Origin: Isurus oxyrinchus
Lineage: Eukaryota
Assembly: GCA_026770705.1 (NCBI GenBank)
Contig: JANJGN010000036.1
Coordinates: 1,302,001-1,366,000, forward strand
Reading direction: 5' to 3'
Length of the DNA: 64,000 nt
A model generated the notes under the pieces. It ran no database searches and was not told the origin of the DNA. It was given only the letters and a program-made list of their open reading frames with translations. Positions 39,000 to 53,343 of this stretch are shown here, piece after piece. Positions within the stretch are counted from its first letter, which is position 1, and each line of letters starts with the position of its first letter. The translations under genes were made by a program, and so were the position numbers.

Positions 39000-39480
39000 T
39001 GAGTTTTGCAAGCATGGGCTGATTGGGTATGGTCCGTACCTTGCCCAGTGTGAACAGTGGAAGGGACATCCTCTTTGATACAACCAGCCAGTCTTTGGGT
39101 AATACGTCCGATATGTTGCCTCCCCGGACATAACCAATGAATGTTCGAGATCCACTAACACTGCAGCTTTCACATTAGTTCAGCCTAAATCTCCAGCCAG
39201 TACCTGACCTGCCATCTCGACCCTTAACCCCTTTGCTAAGCCGCACAGTTTCGCTCTGTAAATGCACTTGTAAATTAGAGTGTGGGACACCTTGAGCGAC
39301 CCGGGTCTGAACCTTCAAATAAAAATGGAGTTACGAAGCTATCATTGAAAAAAAACAGTTTTCGAATATTCTTCAATATATTGAAAGCTCTGACACAGAT
39401 GCATTGCAAAGATTATTTGATTTGCATATTGCTCATATACAGTATAAAGAGGCAGAATTCAACTAAAAAGAAAACAATAT
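39000..39480 (-). pseudogene. B4: isolated terminal-exon remnant of a B-type gene, tail-to-tail with A3
   Basis: ccactaacactgcagctttcaca..cagcctaaatctcc..ccagtacctg and tttcgctctgtaaatg match the B terminal block; acceptor at 39307-39308. Confidence 0.6.
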
Positions 39481-40794
39481 AAGCAAGTTGCAACGTGGAG
39501 AGAGACTGAAATGAAATTGAGCCGTTGAGACGAGGTATCAATTCGGCCCGCTGTGCCTCTGCTGGCTCTTTGACAGTTCTATCCAATTAGTCCTCACTCC
39601 TCACCCTACTCTTTCCCCATACGGCTGCAAATTATCACCATCAAGTCTTTATCCAATTCCCCCTTTTGAAAGTTCCTATTGAATCTGCTTCTACCACCCT
39701 TTCAGGCAGCGGCTTCCACATAATAGGAACTCGCTCTGTGAATGGCAACTCCTCATCTCCCCCTCTGGTTGTTCTGCTAATTCTCTTCAATCTGTGCCCC
39801 TCAGATTACTGATCCTCCATCCAGTGGAAATATCTTTTCGTTAGCTCTGCCATCCCCTCTCCACTCTCTCTGAACCTGTCAGGATACCTCCCTGTGGGAG
39901 AAATGGGACAATACATAGACACTGAGGGTCCGTGACCCAGAACTGAGAGCTTACAACTACCTGGAAAGAGTGAACAGTCTGGAGCTCTTTTCTCTAAAAT
40001 AAAGTAAAAGTTTGAAGTGTGACCTAACAGAGGTCTTTAAAATAATGAAATGGTTTAAAAAGACAGACATTAGGATGATAGCTCGTCTTCTGCAGGATTT
40101 GATAAATATTGATCATCTGTATGAGATAGTCACAAAAAATAATGATCCAATGGGGGAATCCAGGAGAAACTTCTTTACTCAGAGAGTGGGGAGAATGTGG
40201 AACTCGCTCCAACAGAGAGTGATCGAGGGGAATAGTATAGAAAAATGTTTCTGTGCTGTTACTATATGTTGTCCTGGTTCTGTTCTGCATTTTATATAAT
40301 GTTATGCTTTATTGCTTCAACTGTAAATTGTTCACTGTCAATCGTCTCCATGTTCCTTTAAGTGCAGAATAATGATCGACCAATTTATTTCGATCTCAAC
40401 ATTTGAAGTTTATTAGAAGCTGTGTGACATCAGTTCACAAACACACCATAGTCGGTGCCTGAAAGGAGGAAGCTGTCCCCATTCAGAACATAGCCAAACT
40501 TTACACATAGTATACTAGGAACAACTCAACGGGAAATTCCGAATCACAAGGTCATATAATCATTTCGTTCGCTTCTGACTTCAACTGACATTCCCGTTCT
40601 CCACCAAAATCTGACATTGTTACAGGAGTAATACTGCAAAAAGGTGCATTTTTCACACGTTGAATAATCTTTGCCACTACATAAAATATCTTGATTTAAT
40701 CAAACTGTAACGTTAGCCAGCAGCCTCTTAGGGAGAACAGTCGCTGTATCTGATGGTGTTGATAAGGGATGAATTCAGGGAGCCGTGGCTGATT

Positions 40795-41313
40795 AATACT
40801 AAACAAAAACAGAATTACCTGGAAAACCTCAACAGGTCTGGCAGCGGAGAAGAAAAGAGTTGACATTTCGAGTCCTCATGACCCTTCAATAGAACTAGGT
40901 GAATCCAAGGAAGGGGCGAAATATAAGCTGGTTTAAGGTGTGTGTGTGTGTGTGTGGCGGGGGTTGTTTGGGGGGAGAGAAGCGGAGGGAACTGGTGTGG
41001 TTGTAGGGACAAGCAAGCAGTGATAGAAGCAGATCATCAAACGATGTTACACACATCTTTTGTCTGTGAAATCTTTTGATGATCTGCTTCTATCACTGCT
41101 TGCTTGTCCCTAAAACCACATCACCCCCTCCACTTCTCTCCCCCCACCCAAACCGCCCCCCCCCCCCCCCCCAAACACGCAGCTTAAACCAACTTACATT
41201 TCACCCCTTCCTTGGATTCACCTAGTTCTGTTGAAGGGTCATGAGGACTCGAAACGTCAACTCTTTTCTTCTCCGCTGATGCTGCCAGACCTGCTGAGTT
41301 TTTGTTTAGTATT
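40795..41313. mobile_element. Palindromic element made of two inverted Penelope-like 3' termini
   Basis: 40795-41050 is the reverse complement of ~41070-41313. Both arms match 44820-45070. Perfect 16-bp terminal IR AATACTAAACAAAAAC. Confidence 0.85.
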
Positions 41314-43644
41314 CCTTGTATGTAGGAGAGTTAGAGGTGAGTCAACTGAGCTGTTCAAATTAATTCAATTAATACACTCAAAGACTGAACGCCACAGGCA
41401 CCTGGGCAAGGATTAAAATGGGAACCAGGCGTGGTGTCAGGAAGCACTTCCGAACACAAACAGTTCTGGAACTGTCCCGCCAAGAAGCAGTTTAGGCTAA
41501 GGGTCAATTGGAAATGTTAAAACTGAGATGGGTAGATTTTTCCCGTTGTAAGGGGAATAAGGATTACACAACCAAGGCGGGTAGAGGTAGTTAAGGTACA
41601 GGCCAGCCACGATCTGTTTGAAATGCGGTAGAAGTTCGAGTGGTTGAATAGCCTCTTCCTCCTTTGGGGCCTAATGCTCTCGGGGTGAGTTCAATTGATA
41701 GGGAAACCACGCATCTTATTGTACAGGCACTCCAACGGGCAATGGGAACACATGTGACCGGCTGAGTTCCTGCACAGTCACATTTCCAATTGTAGAGCCG
41801 TTAGATCCAGAATGACAAGTAGAGTGCAAAAACTGCATCAACATTTTCCCAACAATCCCGTGGTGGGTTACTATGCTAACTGGAATCCTGCCCCAATCCA
41901 CCACCCACCAGCACACCCCCCTCCATCACCCCCACTAGCCCCCCGCCCCTTCCCCCAATCTCTTATCCTCGCAGCTACACACAAGCCCTTGTCCCTCTGT
42001 GCAATGTCCAGCTTAGGGGGCAAATGCAGTTTAAAATGACAGATGGAGTTCTCCCTCCTGTCTGAGCGAGGGGCATGGAGGGTGGTCGGAGGTGGGGATG
42101 TGAGTGAAGCTGAAGTCAACAGGCCTGGAAAGCAGAAACTGTTTCCACTGGGGGGACGTTCAGTGACCCAATGGACACAGATATAAGAGAATCGGGATAG
42201 GAAAGATAGAGGGCGATGAGGAGTTTTTTTAATGCAGCGAGTTGATGTGACCTGGAAGGTTCTGACAAAGGGGGCGGTGGACGCAGATTCAATAGGCACT
42301 CTCAAAAATGGTAATTGTATAAATACTTGAACAGACACATTTTCTGGGATATGGAGGGAAAAGCAGGAGGTGGTCGGATGAATCGGATACCACATTCAAG
42401 GCTCCAACACAGGCACAATGGGCACAGTTGCTCCCTCCTGAGCTGTGTAATTCATTGGGAGGCGTTAAACTTCATAAGGCTGCTCATAATTATTTTCGAT
42501 CCAATTTCAAATATTGTGGGAATGTTAAATGAGCCAGGAATATTATTGAGGAACTCATCAAAGCAGGATGAGACATTTGGTCATTCACTTAGTGACTTTG
42601 GGTAATCATATCAGGAATAGTTGCATGAACATTGTCACTGCTTGATATTCCCCAGTGATTTAGGCGGGATCGGGGGGCGGGGGGTGGAGATGTGGGAAGG
42701 TACTCACTACGGAGGGGGCGTGGGGAGGTGGGGACGTGTGGAGGTGGGGGCTTGGGGGAATGGAGTTGGTACATTATCTCTGCCTCTCTGCCAACAGCCA
42801 GAGACTAGACAGCGGCGACCAACATAATAAAACGAGAAATGATGAATAAATTAATCATTTGGGCCGTGCTAGCTCCATGGAATATCGATACAATTAGTCG
42901 CACTGCCCCCTCATTCGTTCCCCTATAGCCCTGCAAATGTTTCCCTTCAATGTTTATCTAATTATATGAAATCTCCTATTGAGTTTGCTTCCACCACCGT
43001 TTCATGCATAATTTCCCATAAAAACAAAACTCCCTTCCTCTCAACCTTTGGTTGTGAACTGGAGAGAAAATGAGGTTAAATTACTTTTCAACACATTTTT
43101 ATTCCCAGAGGCTGGTCATTAATTCCAATTCTAGCCAATTTAAAACAGATGGGGCACAAGTAAATCCAACATCAGATACCATTGAATCGAGATATCCAAG
43201 TCCACCAGGGATAATATCGATTTGTAAAAAAGAAATCACAATTGAAGCAATATGAATTACAGTATATGGGTTTGGTGCTCACCAGGAGTCACATACAAAA
43301 GAAAAGTGAGGTGCTGGTGTAGCGTTATCATCACTGTTAATCCCGAAACCAGGGACGGATTCAAATCCGAACACGGAAGATGCTGGAATTCGAACTGGAT
43401 ACAAATCTGAAAGAAAAGGCGACTGATGACCATAGTGCCATTGCTGAGTGCGGTAAAAACACATCTGGTTAATCTTTCGCCCAGCCAGAGAAGCCCAAAT
43501 CCCCTGAATGAAAAAAAAATGTGTATCTTTGCTCTTTCCCCACTACCCCAGAAACACGCAGCCCCTTCACCATGTCCAATGAATTGCCACCAGACCCCTA
43601 CCTCAGTCTTACAATGGAAGTCACAGAGCGAGAGAAAAGGATTC

Positions 43645-45100
43645 AAATCTGGTGATAGACTGTCCACCAATATCCATTACAAACCCACCGACTCCCACAG
43701 CTACCTCGACTACAGCTCCTCACACCCCGCTTCCTGTAAGGACTCCATCCCATTCTCCCAGTTCCTTCGCCTTCGTCGCATCTGTTCCGATGATGCTACC
43801 TTCAAAAACGGTTCCTCTGACATGTCCTCCTTCTTCCTTAACGGAGGCTTTCTACCGACGGTCGTTGACAGGGCCCTCAACCGTGTCCGGCCCATCTCCC
43901 GCGCATCCGCCCTCACACCTTCTCCTCCCTCCCAGAAACATGATAGGGTCCCCCTTGTCCTCACTTATCACCCCACCAGCCTCCGCATTCAAAGGATCAT
44001 CCTCCGCCATTTCCGCCAACTCCAGCATGATGCCACCACCAAACACATCTTCCCTTCACCCCCTTATCGGCATTCCGTAGGGATCGCTCCCTCCGGGACA
44101 CCCTGGTCCACTCCTCCATCATCCCCTACTCCTCAACCCCCTACAATGGCACCACCCCATGCCCACGCAAAAGATGTAACACCTGCCCCTTCACTTCCTC
44201 TCTCCTCACCGTCCAAGGGCCCAAACACTCCTTTCAAGTGAAGCAGCATTTCACTTGCATTTCCCCAACTTAGTCTACTGCATTCGTTGCTCCCAATGTG
44301 GTCTCCTCTACATTGGAGAGACCAAACGTAAACTGGGCGACCGCTTTGCAGAACACCTGCGGTCTGTCCGCAAGAATGACCCAAACCTCCCTGTCGCTTG
44401 CCATTTTAACACTCCACCCTGCTCTCTTGCCCACATGTCTGTCCTTGGCTTACTGCATTGTTCCAGTGAAGCCCAACGCAAACTGGAGGAACAACACCTC
44501 ATCTTCCGACTAGGCACCTTACAGCCTTCCGGTCTGAATATTGAATTCAACAACTTTAGGTCGTGAGCTCCCTCCCCCATCCCCACCCCCTTTCTGTTTC
44601 CCCCTTTTTCCTTTTTTTTCCCTATAAATTTTATAGATTTTTCTTTTCCCACCTATTTCCATTATTTTTAAATATTTTAAAATCTTTTATGCTCCCCCCA
44701 CCCCCACTAGAGCTGTACCTTGAGTGCCCTACCATCCATTCTTAATTAGCACATTCGTTTAGATAATATCACCAACTTTAACTTTAACACCTATGTGTTC
44801 TTTTGTACCATTGTCGCTGACATCTTTTGATGATCTGCTTCTATCACTGCTTGTTTGTCTACACAACCACCTCTCTCTCTCCCTATCTCTCCGCCCCCCC
44901 CCCCCCCCCCCCCAACACACACACACCTTAAACCAGCTTATATTTCAACTCTTTCTTGGACTCGAAATCAAGTTCTGTCGAAGGGTCATGAGGACTCGAA
45001 ACGTCAACTTTTTTCTTCTCCGCCGATGCTGCCAGACCTGCTGAGTTTTTCCAGGTAATTCTGTTTTTGTTTTGGATTTCCAGCATCCGCAGTTTTCTTT
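43645..45100 (+). mobile_element. Penelope-like retroelement, 5'-truncated (RT thumb, GIY-YIG endonuclease, 3' terminus)
   Basis: YKPTDSHSYLDYSSSHPASCKDSIPFSQFLRLRRICSDD and NLVYCIRCSQCGLLYIGETKRKLGDRFAEHLRSV..VACHFN..GLN; few frameshifts. Confidence 0.95.
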
Positions 45101-45496
45101 TTTTTTCAAATCATTAAGCTGTTTTCAGTTCCCTGCTCATTCCGGGTGTAATTCTGTTGATGTTATTCTGTGTGCATATTTATTCATTCTTTGGATGAGG
45201 GTGTCGCTGAGCCAGGATTTATTGCAATTCCCGAACTGCTCCTTGATAAGGTAGTGGTGATCTGCCTTCTTGCACCGTTGCAGTCCCTCTAGTTATGTTC
45301 TCCCACAATGCATTTAGAGAGGGAGTTTAAGGATGTTGACCCAGCGACAGTGAAGGAACGGCGATATATTTCTAAAGTCAGGATGCCAGTGACTTGGAGG
45401 GGAACTTCCAGGTGGTGATGTTATCATGTGTCTGCTGCCCTTTATTGTCTTGATGGACACCAAACGCTCGGATCCACACCAGCTCTGTCTTCCTTG

Positions 45497-46392
45497 CTTA
45501 TTAATGGATTGAATAATTAATATAACCGATTATTTCAGCACGCTCTTTAGCTGTGGTCAAACTTAGACTGAGTTGCCCCTTAAATAAATGTATTCATGCA
45601 GCAACTTAAATCCACTAGCAAGTATCCAACTTCTCGATGATTTTATAAAGATCCATCAGAATTATTGGGATCAGATCCTGTAATTACATAATATAAAATT
45701 CGATTAGACATGTCAACCACAGAAGAATGAAGCAGCCGGATATGGTGAAGATTGAAATCATAGACTTCCTTATGCTCTCCATCTCGGGTCACTGCGAGAA
45801 TCTCCCTTGCTCTGGCCTCTCAGTCCCTTGCAGACTCGGCTGGCAACTCAATATATATCTGACAGTCAGAGCGTTGAAAAGCAGAATTAAAACAAATAGC
45901 AACAGTGGGGCTAAAATCGTGTAAAGCCAGTCAAACCCCTCCCATCTGTGCTCAGTGGAATAACTTGCCTTTATCATACAAAATAACGGCATATTTCCAA
46001 TTGTCTTTCCAGCTTCATATGCAAAGTACACAGGAACAATTTTTAACCAGGGTAGCATGCAGATTGTTGCTAGAATCGAAATCGCAGTTTTCTCGCGGCA
46101 ATATTTCAGTTTCACCTCCTGCAACAGATAGTCACATATCTATCAAAAAAAAAAGTGACACTGAACCAAGTAGAACATTATGTTGCTGCACTAATCAGGA
46201 GAGTGCGAACACTCCACAGAGGGCTGATGTCCAGGAAGCTCACGGGGAAATAATAATAATTGATCAGAAACAGTATGACCTCAGTGGTAATGAACTGTAG
46301 ATCTGCCGTTGCAATGGCCACTAGGTGAGGTGTGGTGTACTTGGAGAGGCCACACTTTCTGCTGAACAGAATCACAATTGCTACGAAGTTAA
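45497..46392 (-). pseudogene. Class A GPCR pseudogene, GPR139/GPR142-like, main coding exon
   Basis: VNFVAIVILFSRKCGLSKYTTPHLVAIATADL..YYYFPVSFLDISPL..*CSTWFSVTFFFDRYVTIC..KYCREKTA..LFNALTVRYIL..DPEMESIRKS; stops and frameshifts; acceptor tgacag at 46393-46394. The first exon was not identified. Confidence 0.85.
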
Positions 46393-46959
46393 CTGTCAGA
46401 AACTCAATGGGGAAACACTGCACATAATTGATGAAACGTTCTTCGTGAAGCAGGCAGTAAACTTGGGGATCGTGTCAGATGGTAGGGAATCTCAATAGCA
46501 TCTTCAAACCGCCACCAGCTGTGTCTCCAGAGTGGACAAAGTGGACAGTAGCAAACTGGCTTCAGGAGGCAGTATTGTATGTAAAATATTTCAATGGGGC
46601 TGGCAACGTCTATTCTAACTCAGTTTCCTGTTTTTCTTTGGCCACTTGTGATTTCCACGCCTCAGAATTGCCGGAGTTGAAAACAGGTGACGACAGCTTT
46701 GGAGAGATGGCAAGTGCATGGACGTCACTTCTTATGGAATAGAAGGAGCAGAGGTGGTTCCAGCCCCACTCAGCCGTCCACATAGGAACCATCTCAGGCA
46801 AAGACCGGGCACTGGGTGATAGGACTCCGTCCTGAGCACTTGTTTTGATTACCAGGGACTGGTCACATGCCCTGGGTTACAAGATTGGACCTACTTAGTT
46901 ATTCAGCTATTATGAAATTATCCTCACCGTACGGTAGCGCGGAACCAAACACGCATACC

Positions 46960-48520
46960 AAGGAGTGCTGGATTTTTTTGATGTTGTATTATAGAGTGAG
47001 TTTCACTTATATCGAAGCGCTTTTTGACCATTCATGGGAATATTGATGGGAAAATATAGAAGTAGCTTTATTCGGTGCCTGAAGCGTGCTATCACTTTCC
47101 TGGGGGTTTTCATGGGACAGTTTACATGGATCTTATGAGAATATACAACCCATTCGGTACCTATCATATTGGTGTTCGATGGGGCATTACATTCATGGCA
47201 TGTACAACAGGGGAGACATAGAAATAATAATGCGCCGCTTACACACTCTCAAGACAATCTCAGAGCAGGTAGAACACTTATGTTGTCCCATCAATGCAAG
47301 TTGAGGTAGAGAACAGGTTAGATATACTGTAAATTTTTTTGCGTACTCCAAAGTCATTTTCATGGAAGATTAAGCAGTTCTTGGATAGAAAATAAATCTC
47401 CCGCTAAACAGCCCCAACAAACACAACTAAGAAATCTTTATCTAAATGTGACGTTTGCACTATATACAAACCATGCCTTACCGTCCCCTTGTAATTGTCA
47501 TCACCAGCAGAGGGACCATTATACTCTACCGATCTCGTTCAGCACCAATCCTGGCAGTATTTGCAGGGATGGCTGTATGTCTGAATCTAATCTAACCCCT
47601 TCATGTGATTTCTATTCAGTGCTTTATTGAACAATGTAGAGGGAGATATACTCTGTATCTAACCCCTGCTGCACTTTTCATGGGATTGTTTTGTGGAACG
47701 GTGTATAGTGGGAGATTTAACCTGTATGTAGCCACTGTTGTACCTTCTGTAGTAGTGCTTTGTGGATTAATATATGGAGGAGGATTTCCTCTCTATCTAA
47801 CCCCTGTTGGACTGACTTAGGAATTTTGTGTGGTACAGATCATAGAGGGATATTCCCTTTTTATATAGTCTGTGCTTTACCCGTTCTTGCAAAACTTGAT
47901 GGAATCGTGTAAATAGAGCTGAATTCAGAATTGAACGCTTGCAATACAAACTCAGAGCATGATTGATGTGACATTTTTTAGGGAAGTTTAATCTGTATTT
48001 ATGCTACGTTTTATGACCTTACAGTGCCGAAGGATGATTCATATGCAGCGAACCTGCATTGTACATTTTGAGAATTAATGTTCGTTAGGAGACCGTAGAG
48101 CGGAATCTCTGTGTTTGAACCGTGCTGTGCCTCATTGAAAAGTTTTGCAGTGACTGTGTCAAAGGAACTTAAATCTGCAGTTAACACATGCGGCATCTGC
48201 TGTGGGACTGCTTCATGTGATACTGTACACGGAGTGTAACTCACTACATATCCAGATCTTTACATTTCTTAGACGTATTTTATTGGTTGTAAGTCAGAGT
48301 GTGCTTCTCTTCATCTAAGTCGTACTCTATCCCTGGCGGCATTTGACTGGGAAGTGCAAAAAGAGCTTTAGCATTTAAGTAAATAATTTCATTCCTGCCA
48401 TGAGGACAATTGATGGTACAGCATGAGTTCAATCTGATTGAGTTCAATCTATATGCATTCCCGTTGTGCCTGTTCCTACAGAGTTTTTGGGTCAGGGTAA
48501 CACAAGTTTACGTTTATAAA
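46960..48520 (+). repeat. Highly degenerate tandem repeat, unit ~65-69 bp
   Basis: Recurring gtagagggag.tttactctgtatctaacccctgctg motif, e.g. ctaaccc at ~47592, 47659 and 47797. Confidence 0.65.
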
Positions 48521-49439
48521 GTGATTTAAATGGAGCAGAACACCCTCAGATTGATAGGTGTCTGATAACCAATAGCACAACGGGTCATGGGAATTGGGTG
48601 GCTAAATGGCATTGAAGTATTCTATTCACCATGATCGTATTGAATGGCGGAACAGGCTCGAAACATTGATTCACTTTCTCCTCTTCCTATGTTCCTAGGC
48701 GCTTAGCAAAAACAATATTTCTCAGAGATTTTTGTTTAATGTTTTAATATTGAACTACACAAGTAGGTATAAGATCAGATTACCCGACATTAGATAAAAG
48801 CCAGAGTTTAAGGAACATCTTATAATTGACTTAGGGAGGTGGAGATGTTTGGCAAACTAATAATGGAGCTTAGACTAAAAGTAGCTGAAGGCTTGATATT
48901 CAATGTTGGAACAATTACTTTAGGGGATGCGCAAGAGGAGAGAATTAAAATAACACAAGTATCTCAAACTCTTAAATGGCTGGTGCTCGTATAGATAAGG
49001 GGAAGCAGAAGGATATTTAGGGATTTACATGCGTTTATGTGGTAACAGAAGAGTTTTCGAGGAACACACATTGAGACAAGCATAAGAATATTTAGGGATT
49101 GAAAGGAGTTTAAATGACGGTGGGAGCCTTTGAGATGAATTCCCGTTGAGGGATGGGCAACAATATTTCGTGATTGAACAGTGTTTACTTGAGGGCAGAT
49201 TAGGTTTAGATGAGCAAGTATGCAGATTGGGTGATGCAATTTGCTGATAGTTGGCTGGTGCAGGGGGAGTACCTATGTAATGGAGTAACCTAAGTAATGG
49301 AGCGTTGGCTCTTGCTATGCCTCTTTTTGTTCTGAATCTCGCGATCATTTCTAACCAATTTGTTTTCTCTCTCGCTTTCAGATGATTGAGATTGGCTGTG
49401 TGGAATGATCTGTAAGAAGATCGATTGACAGCGAGAGTG

Positions 49440-50200
49440 TTTTTGAACACAAGACAGAGGGGAACACATCTCCCTGGACAAGATCTCCCCCTGCAGGTTC
49501 TGCTTCGGATGGCAGGGAGAGAGGACAGCCAATGTTGAAAGTAGTTTGGGGACGCCTGAGCCTGGTTACCGCATTTAAGTGGCCAAACCTCTGCTGCGGG
49601 GGAATATACTTCACTTGGGAAACAAAGGTGTCGAAGTTGTCATCACAGCTAAAGAAGAAGATGAGACAGAGAAACTGGGAGGATAGGAGAGAGTCCTTAC
49701 AAGAAGCGGGGTTTCGGGGTGCATGGTGAATGTAGCTGTTGACTTCGATGTCTAATTTTGATGGAAAGACTATCCGTTCAAGTGGAGATGGAAAAGTCAA
49801 GGAAGGAAAGGAAGATTCAGAAATAGATCATGTATAGGCAAGCCAGGGCGAAAGAATTGAATGTGACTGACAAGGTCATGAATGCGCTGGAAAAGGTTGA
49901 AGCAGAAAACATGAACAAATCACTGCCTATAATGAGGAAAAGATATCAAAAGTGGGTTGCAGATAACCTAAAACAAACCAATACATTACAAAAGGGGCCC
50001 TCAGGAATGGAAGCATCGCACATGGTCGAGGGAAACTGGCTGGGCAAAGACCGAATGTTGTAGGTCAGGAAAGATCCAGCCTTATAGCAGTTTAAGGGCA
50101 GCTCGCGGTGCTTGCCTTTGGAGCATAGAGAGCGGACTAGCATGGGTAGAACTATGAATGGGCATCCAAAAGGCAACTTCAAACTCTAAAGCAAGGAGCT
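49440..50200 (-). mobile_element. Old Penelope-like RT fragment
   Basis: ORF 49378-49800(-) NSYIHHAPRNPASCKDSLLSSQFLCL..CDDNF is homologous to the element at 43645. Confidence 0.75.
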
Positions 50201-53200
50201 TTGCACGACATTGGGGGAATAATAAACAGCTGTTGATGATTCAGATGCAGGAAAGGGAGGGAAATCTGAGAAGGAGCAATTCCCTCTCAAATAAAAATTG
50301 AACGAATGAATAATACAAGCTAAAAGATATTTGAGGTCAAAATGAGGCATGTAATTCATAAAGTGAACAATGGGGAAAAGTGTTTCGGGGGAACAGAGTC
50401 AGGAGTACTTCAAGTTAGCATTGAGAGCTGACAAAACCACGAAGGTGCGATTAAAGCGTTGGGTCTCACTTATAGACAAAAAAGAATAAAATCGGAAAGA
50501 AATTTAATTGTTTAAGGAACCCTGACTACACTAAGTTCAGGGTTATTTCTTCATTTGCGGTCTTTATATTATAAAATAGGAATCGAAACTTACCAAATAT
50601 GCAAATATTGTTCTCAAGAATAATGTCATGCCCTAGAGATGTTAACTGTAGGAAGAGTAACTGGCTGTGACTCTAATCCCTAGAAAACAGTTAGCTGTGG
50701 AGTAATCAAATGTAGATCAGTCACCTGAAATAATGATTTAATGTGTAACTAAATTGTTTCATATCAGTTGAGATCCACATACAATTCAATGCAAGAATGA
50801 CAGTTTTTCCCAGTGGCACATCATCACAGGGGTCAGTTTCCTACACTGCAGTTAGCGACCCACCGTCAGTACAATTTTACAATGATAAGAACTCCCACGA
50901 ATACATGCTCACTCATATCAAGTTTCCTGCTCAGTTTCCTGACGCCCTAATTATAAATGTGCAGTCACAATCACTCCCAGTAATAGATAATCATTGGGGT
51001 CAAGTATTCAGCTCTCGTTAGAGAACCACATTGAGCTCAGATCTACAAAGAAGCATGCTACCAGCAATGAAAAGAAATCACTATGGATGCTGGAAACCTG
51101 AACCAAAATAGTAAGTGCAGGGAATACACAACAGATCTGGCAATAATTGTGGAGAGTAAAACAGAGTTGAGTTTTTGAATCAAATATTTGACTCAAAACG
51201 TTAGGTCCCTTTCTCTCTCTGCAAACGCTGCCCGAGTTGTTGAGAATTGTCATTACTTTCTGAGTTTCTACTCTCCATAATGCACAGGCACCAGCATCAG
51301 ACGTCCCACCCAGCTACAGACCCGTGTTCCAAACATTTCCTCAGAGGCCTCGACTTCCAATGATGCATGATTTGACTACTAGGGTCAGTTGTTCAACGCA
51401 GGATGTTCCAAACAGCACTGATACATGCCCCCAGTGAAACGTGCCCCATGCATTCAGGTCAAAACGTCCGGTGAATCCCCACACTGAGGATGGCTCCTAG
51501 TGTGGCACGTTTTTTGGCCTGTGCAGGCAAAATGGGCCAAGTGGCCTCTTTCTGCACCGTAAACTTTCCATGATTACATGATTTTAAGTGCAGTTCTACA
51601 GTGACAGATGCTCTCCTTGATGCGTGGTCAATGGGGTCATTTGCTTCAGTCCATTTAATGGACCTTACGCAGTATGAAATCACACTGACTGAGACTGCCA
51701 TGCAGAGTTTCCTTCAGGGCCATGTCTGCAGTGAGGTCTGAATCAACACGAAGCAATTCTCAGATGAATCAAGTAACCAAACAATTCGGAGATGCTGGGA
51801 GCTATAAACAAAGGCTCATTTTCACGTGAGGCAATGGAATAAAGTGGCGGAGATGATTCATAAGTTTTGAATTAATTCAGTAATATTTCTGAACGGATGT
51901 GTGGATAACTGTCACAACTGAAAGAGCATTTAATATTATCAGTCACATAGTAAATCCAGAAATACTACACAGCGCTAATGGTTACAGTAACCTATCAGCG
52001 ACACTAATGGCAGCAAAAATCATGTTATATATTTTCCAGAAATTGGAAAACGTGATCATGATTTTTTGTGTGAAGTAATCTGTTGCATCGCGCTGCAGGC
52101 AATGTCTCTGAATTAACCAATAGAACAACACATTTCCAAATCCTTTAATTTATACCCTATGGTATATCCACTCACCTTACACTATTGTTCAAATATTTTG
52201 TGTTTTTATTTCCACAACATCAACTGTATCCTTGTTTTGACAGAATATATTTTGTACAGTGTCTGTTTTGGGAAAAAAATCCAAAACGTGTAAAGTACAA
52301 TATTACTAATTAAGTAAAGAAAATAGACACCATGGACACAAATACATGGCACATTGATTCCAACAGCATCAGGCCAATCTATACATTTTATTCTGCCTCA
52401 GTGATGCACTTTACTCTATTGTTGTTAGTCAACAAATGCCTTCTGAACCTAAGCTTCTCCTGTCAAGTCTGTTTGTCAAGTGCTCTAGGATGTGGTTGCC
52501 CTCTTCCACTGCAGCCGCTCACTAAGACAATTCCAAATATTGGATTCTTAAAGTCGTGTTTGTGCACTACAGGATTAAAGCGAATTAGCTGCCATCTAAT
52601 ACAACTCCTCAAGGTAATTAAATCCCACACAATTACACGGTTCTTCATCCTCAAACAGCTGCTCGAACTGATGCAACCCATCAAGCCAATACACCAGCTG
52701 AAAATATTAACCCACCTCGACCAACTGGAGGACAATTTCTATTAGGTAGAGTTCCTTCTTCGTTTAAATCACGCTGTTTGGCTTACTGAAATTGGAATCA
52801 ATCATTTAATCCACCCACCCTGCAATGCCCAGCGAACAGCTGTACCTTGTGCACAACCTCGGAGAAAGATCGTGAAACACCCCATTCTCTAAAGCTGATT
52901 CTGGGAAGGGAAATGGTGAAGAATCCTAGCACGGTGAGCTAGTGAAGAGAGGCAAGCACATTGACTCAGGACTTTCAGAGATTTTCAGGAGGGAGCTGAT
53001 GGAAATCGAGATTTCCAGATGGTTTGGGTATGGTTCATTGTAGGATTTGGGTATCTGGTCTAGCAGATGGAGCGGGAAGTAAGAAGAAATGTTACAACAC
53101 ATGGCCTGGGAGAGGACTGGAAAATGCATTTGTGAAATGTTCTTGTGATGGGCATTAGTAAGCGCAAAAACTGTTTGTATTGCAAATATTGCTCCTTCAT

Positions 53201-53312
53201 CCAAAAGGTGCCGGCCCCTCCACATGCTAGTTTTACGTAATGTTGCCAAAATTCTATCATGTGTTGTTTTGCATTTTGCAGGATATCGGTATGACGCAGA
53301 GGACCCACTAGG

Positions 53313-53343
<31 letters not shown>

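Noticed and set aside
43426-44566. 271-aa and 103-aa ORFs as host genes
   Set aside because: They are Penelope RT-thumb and GIY-YIG sequences, with a chance N-terminal extension from flanking DNA.
46960-48520. CRISPR-like repeat-spacer array
   Set aside because: Eukaryotic context, degenerate continuous tandem units, no unique spacers and no cas genes.
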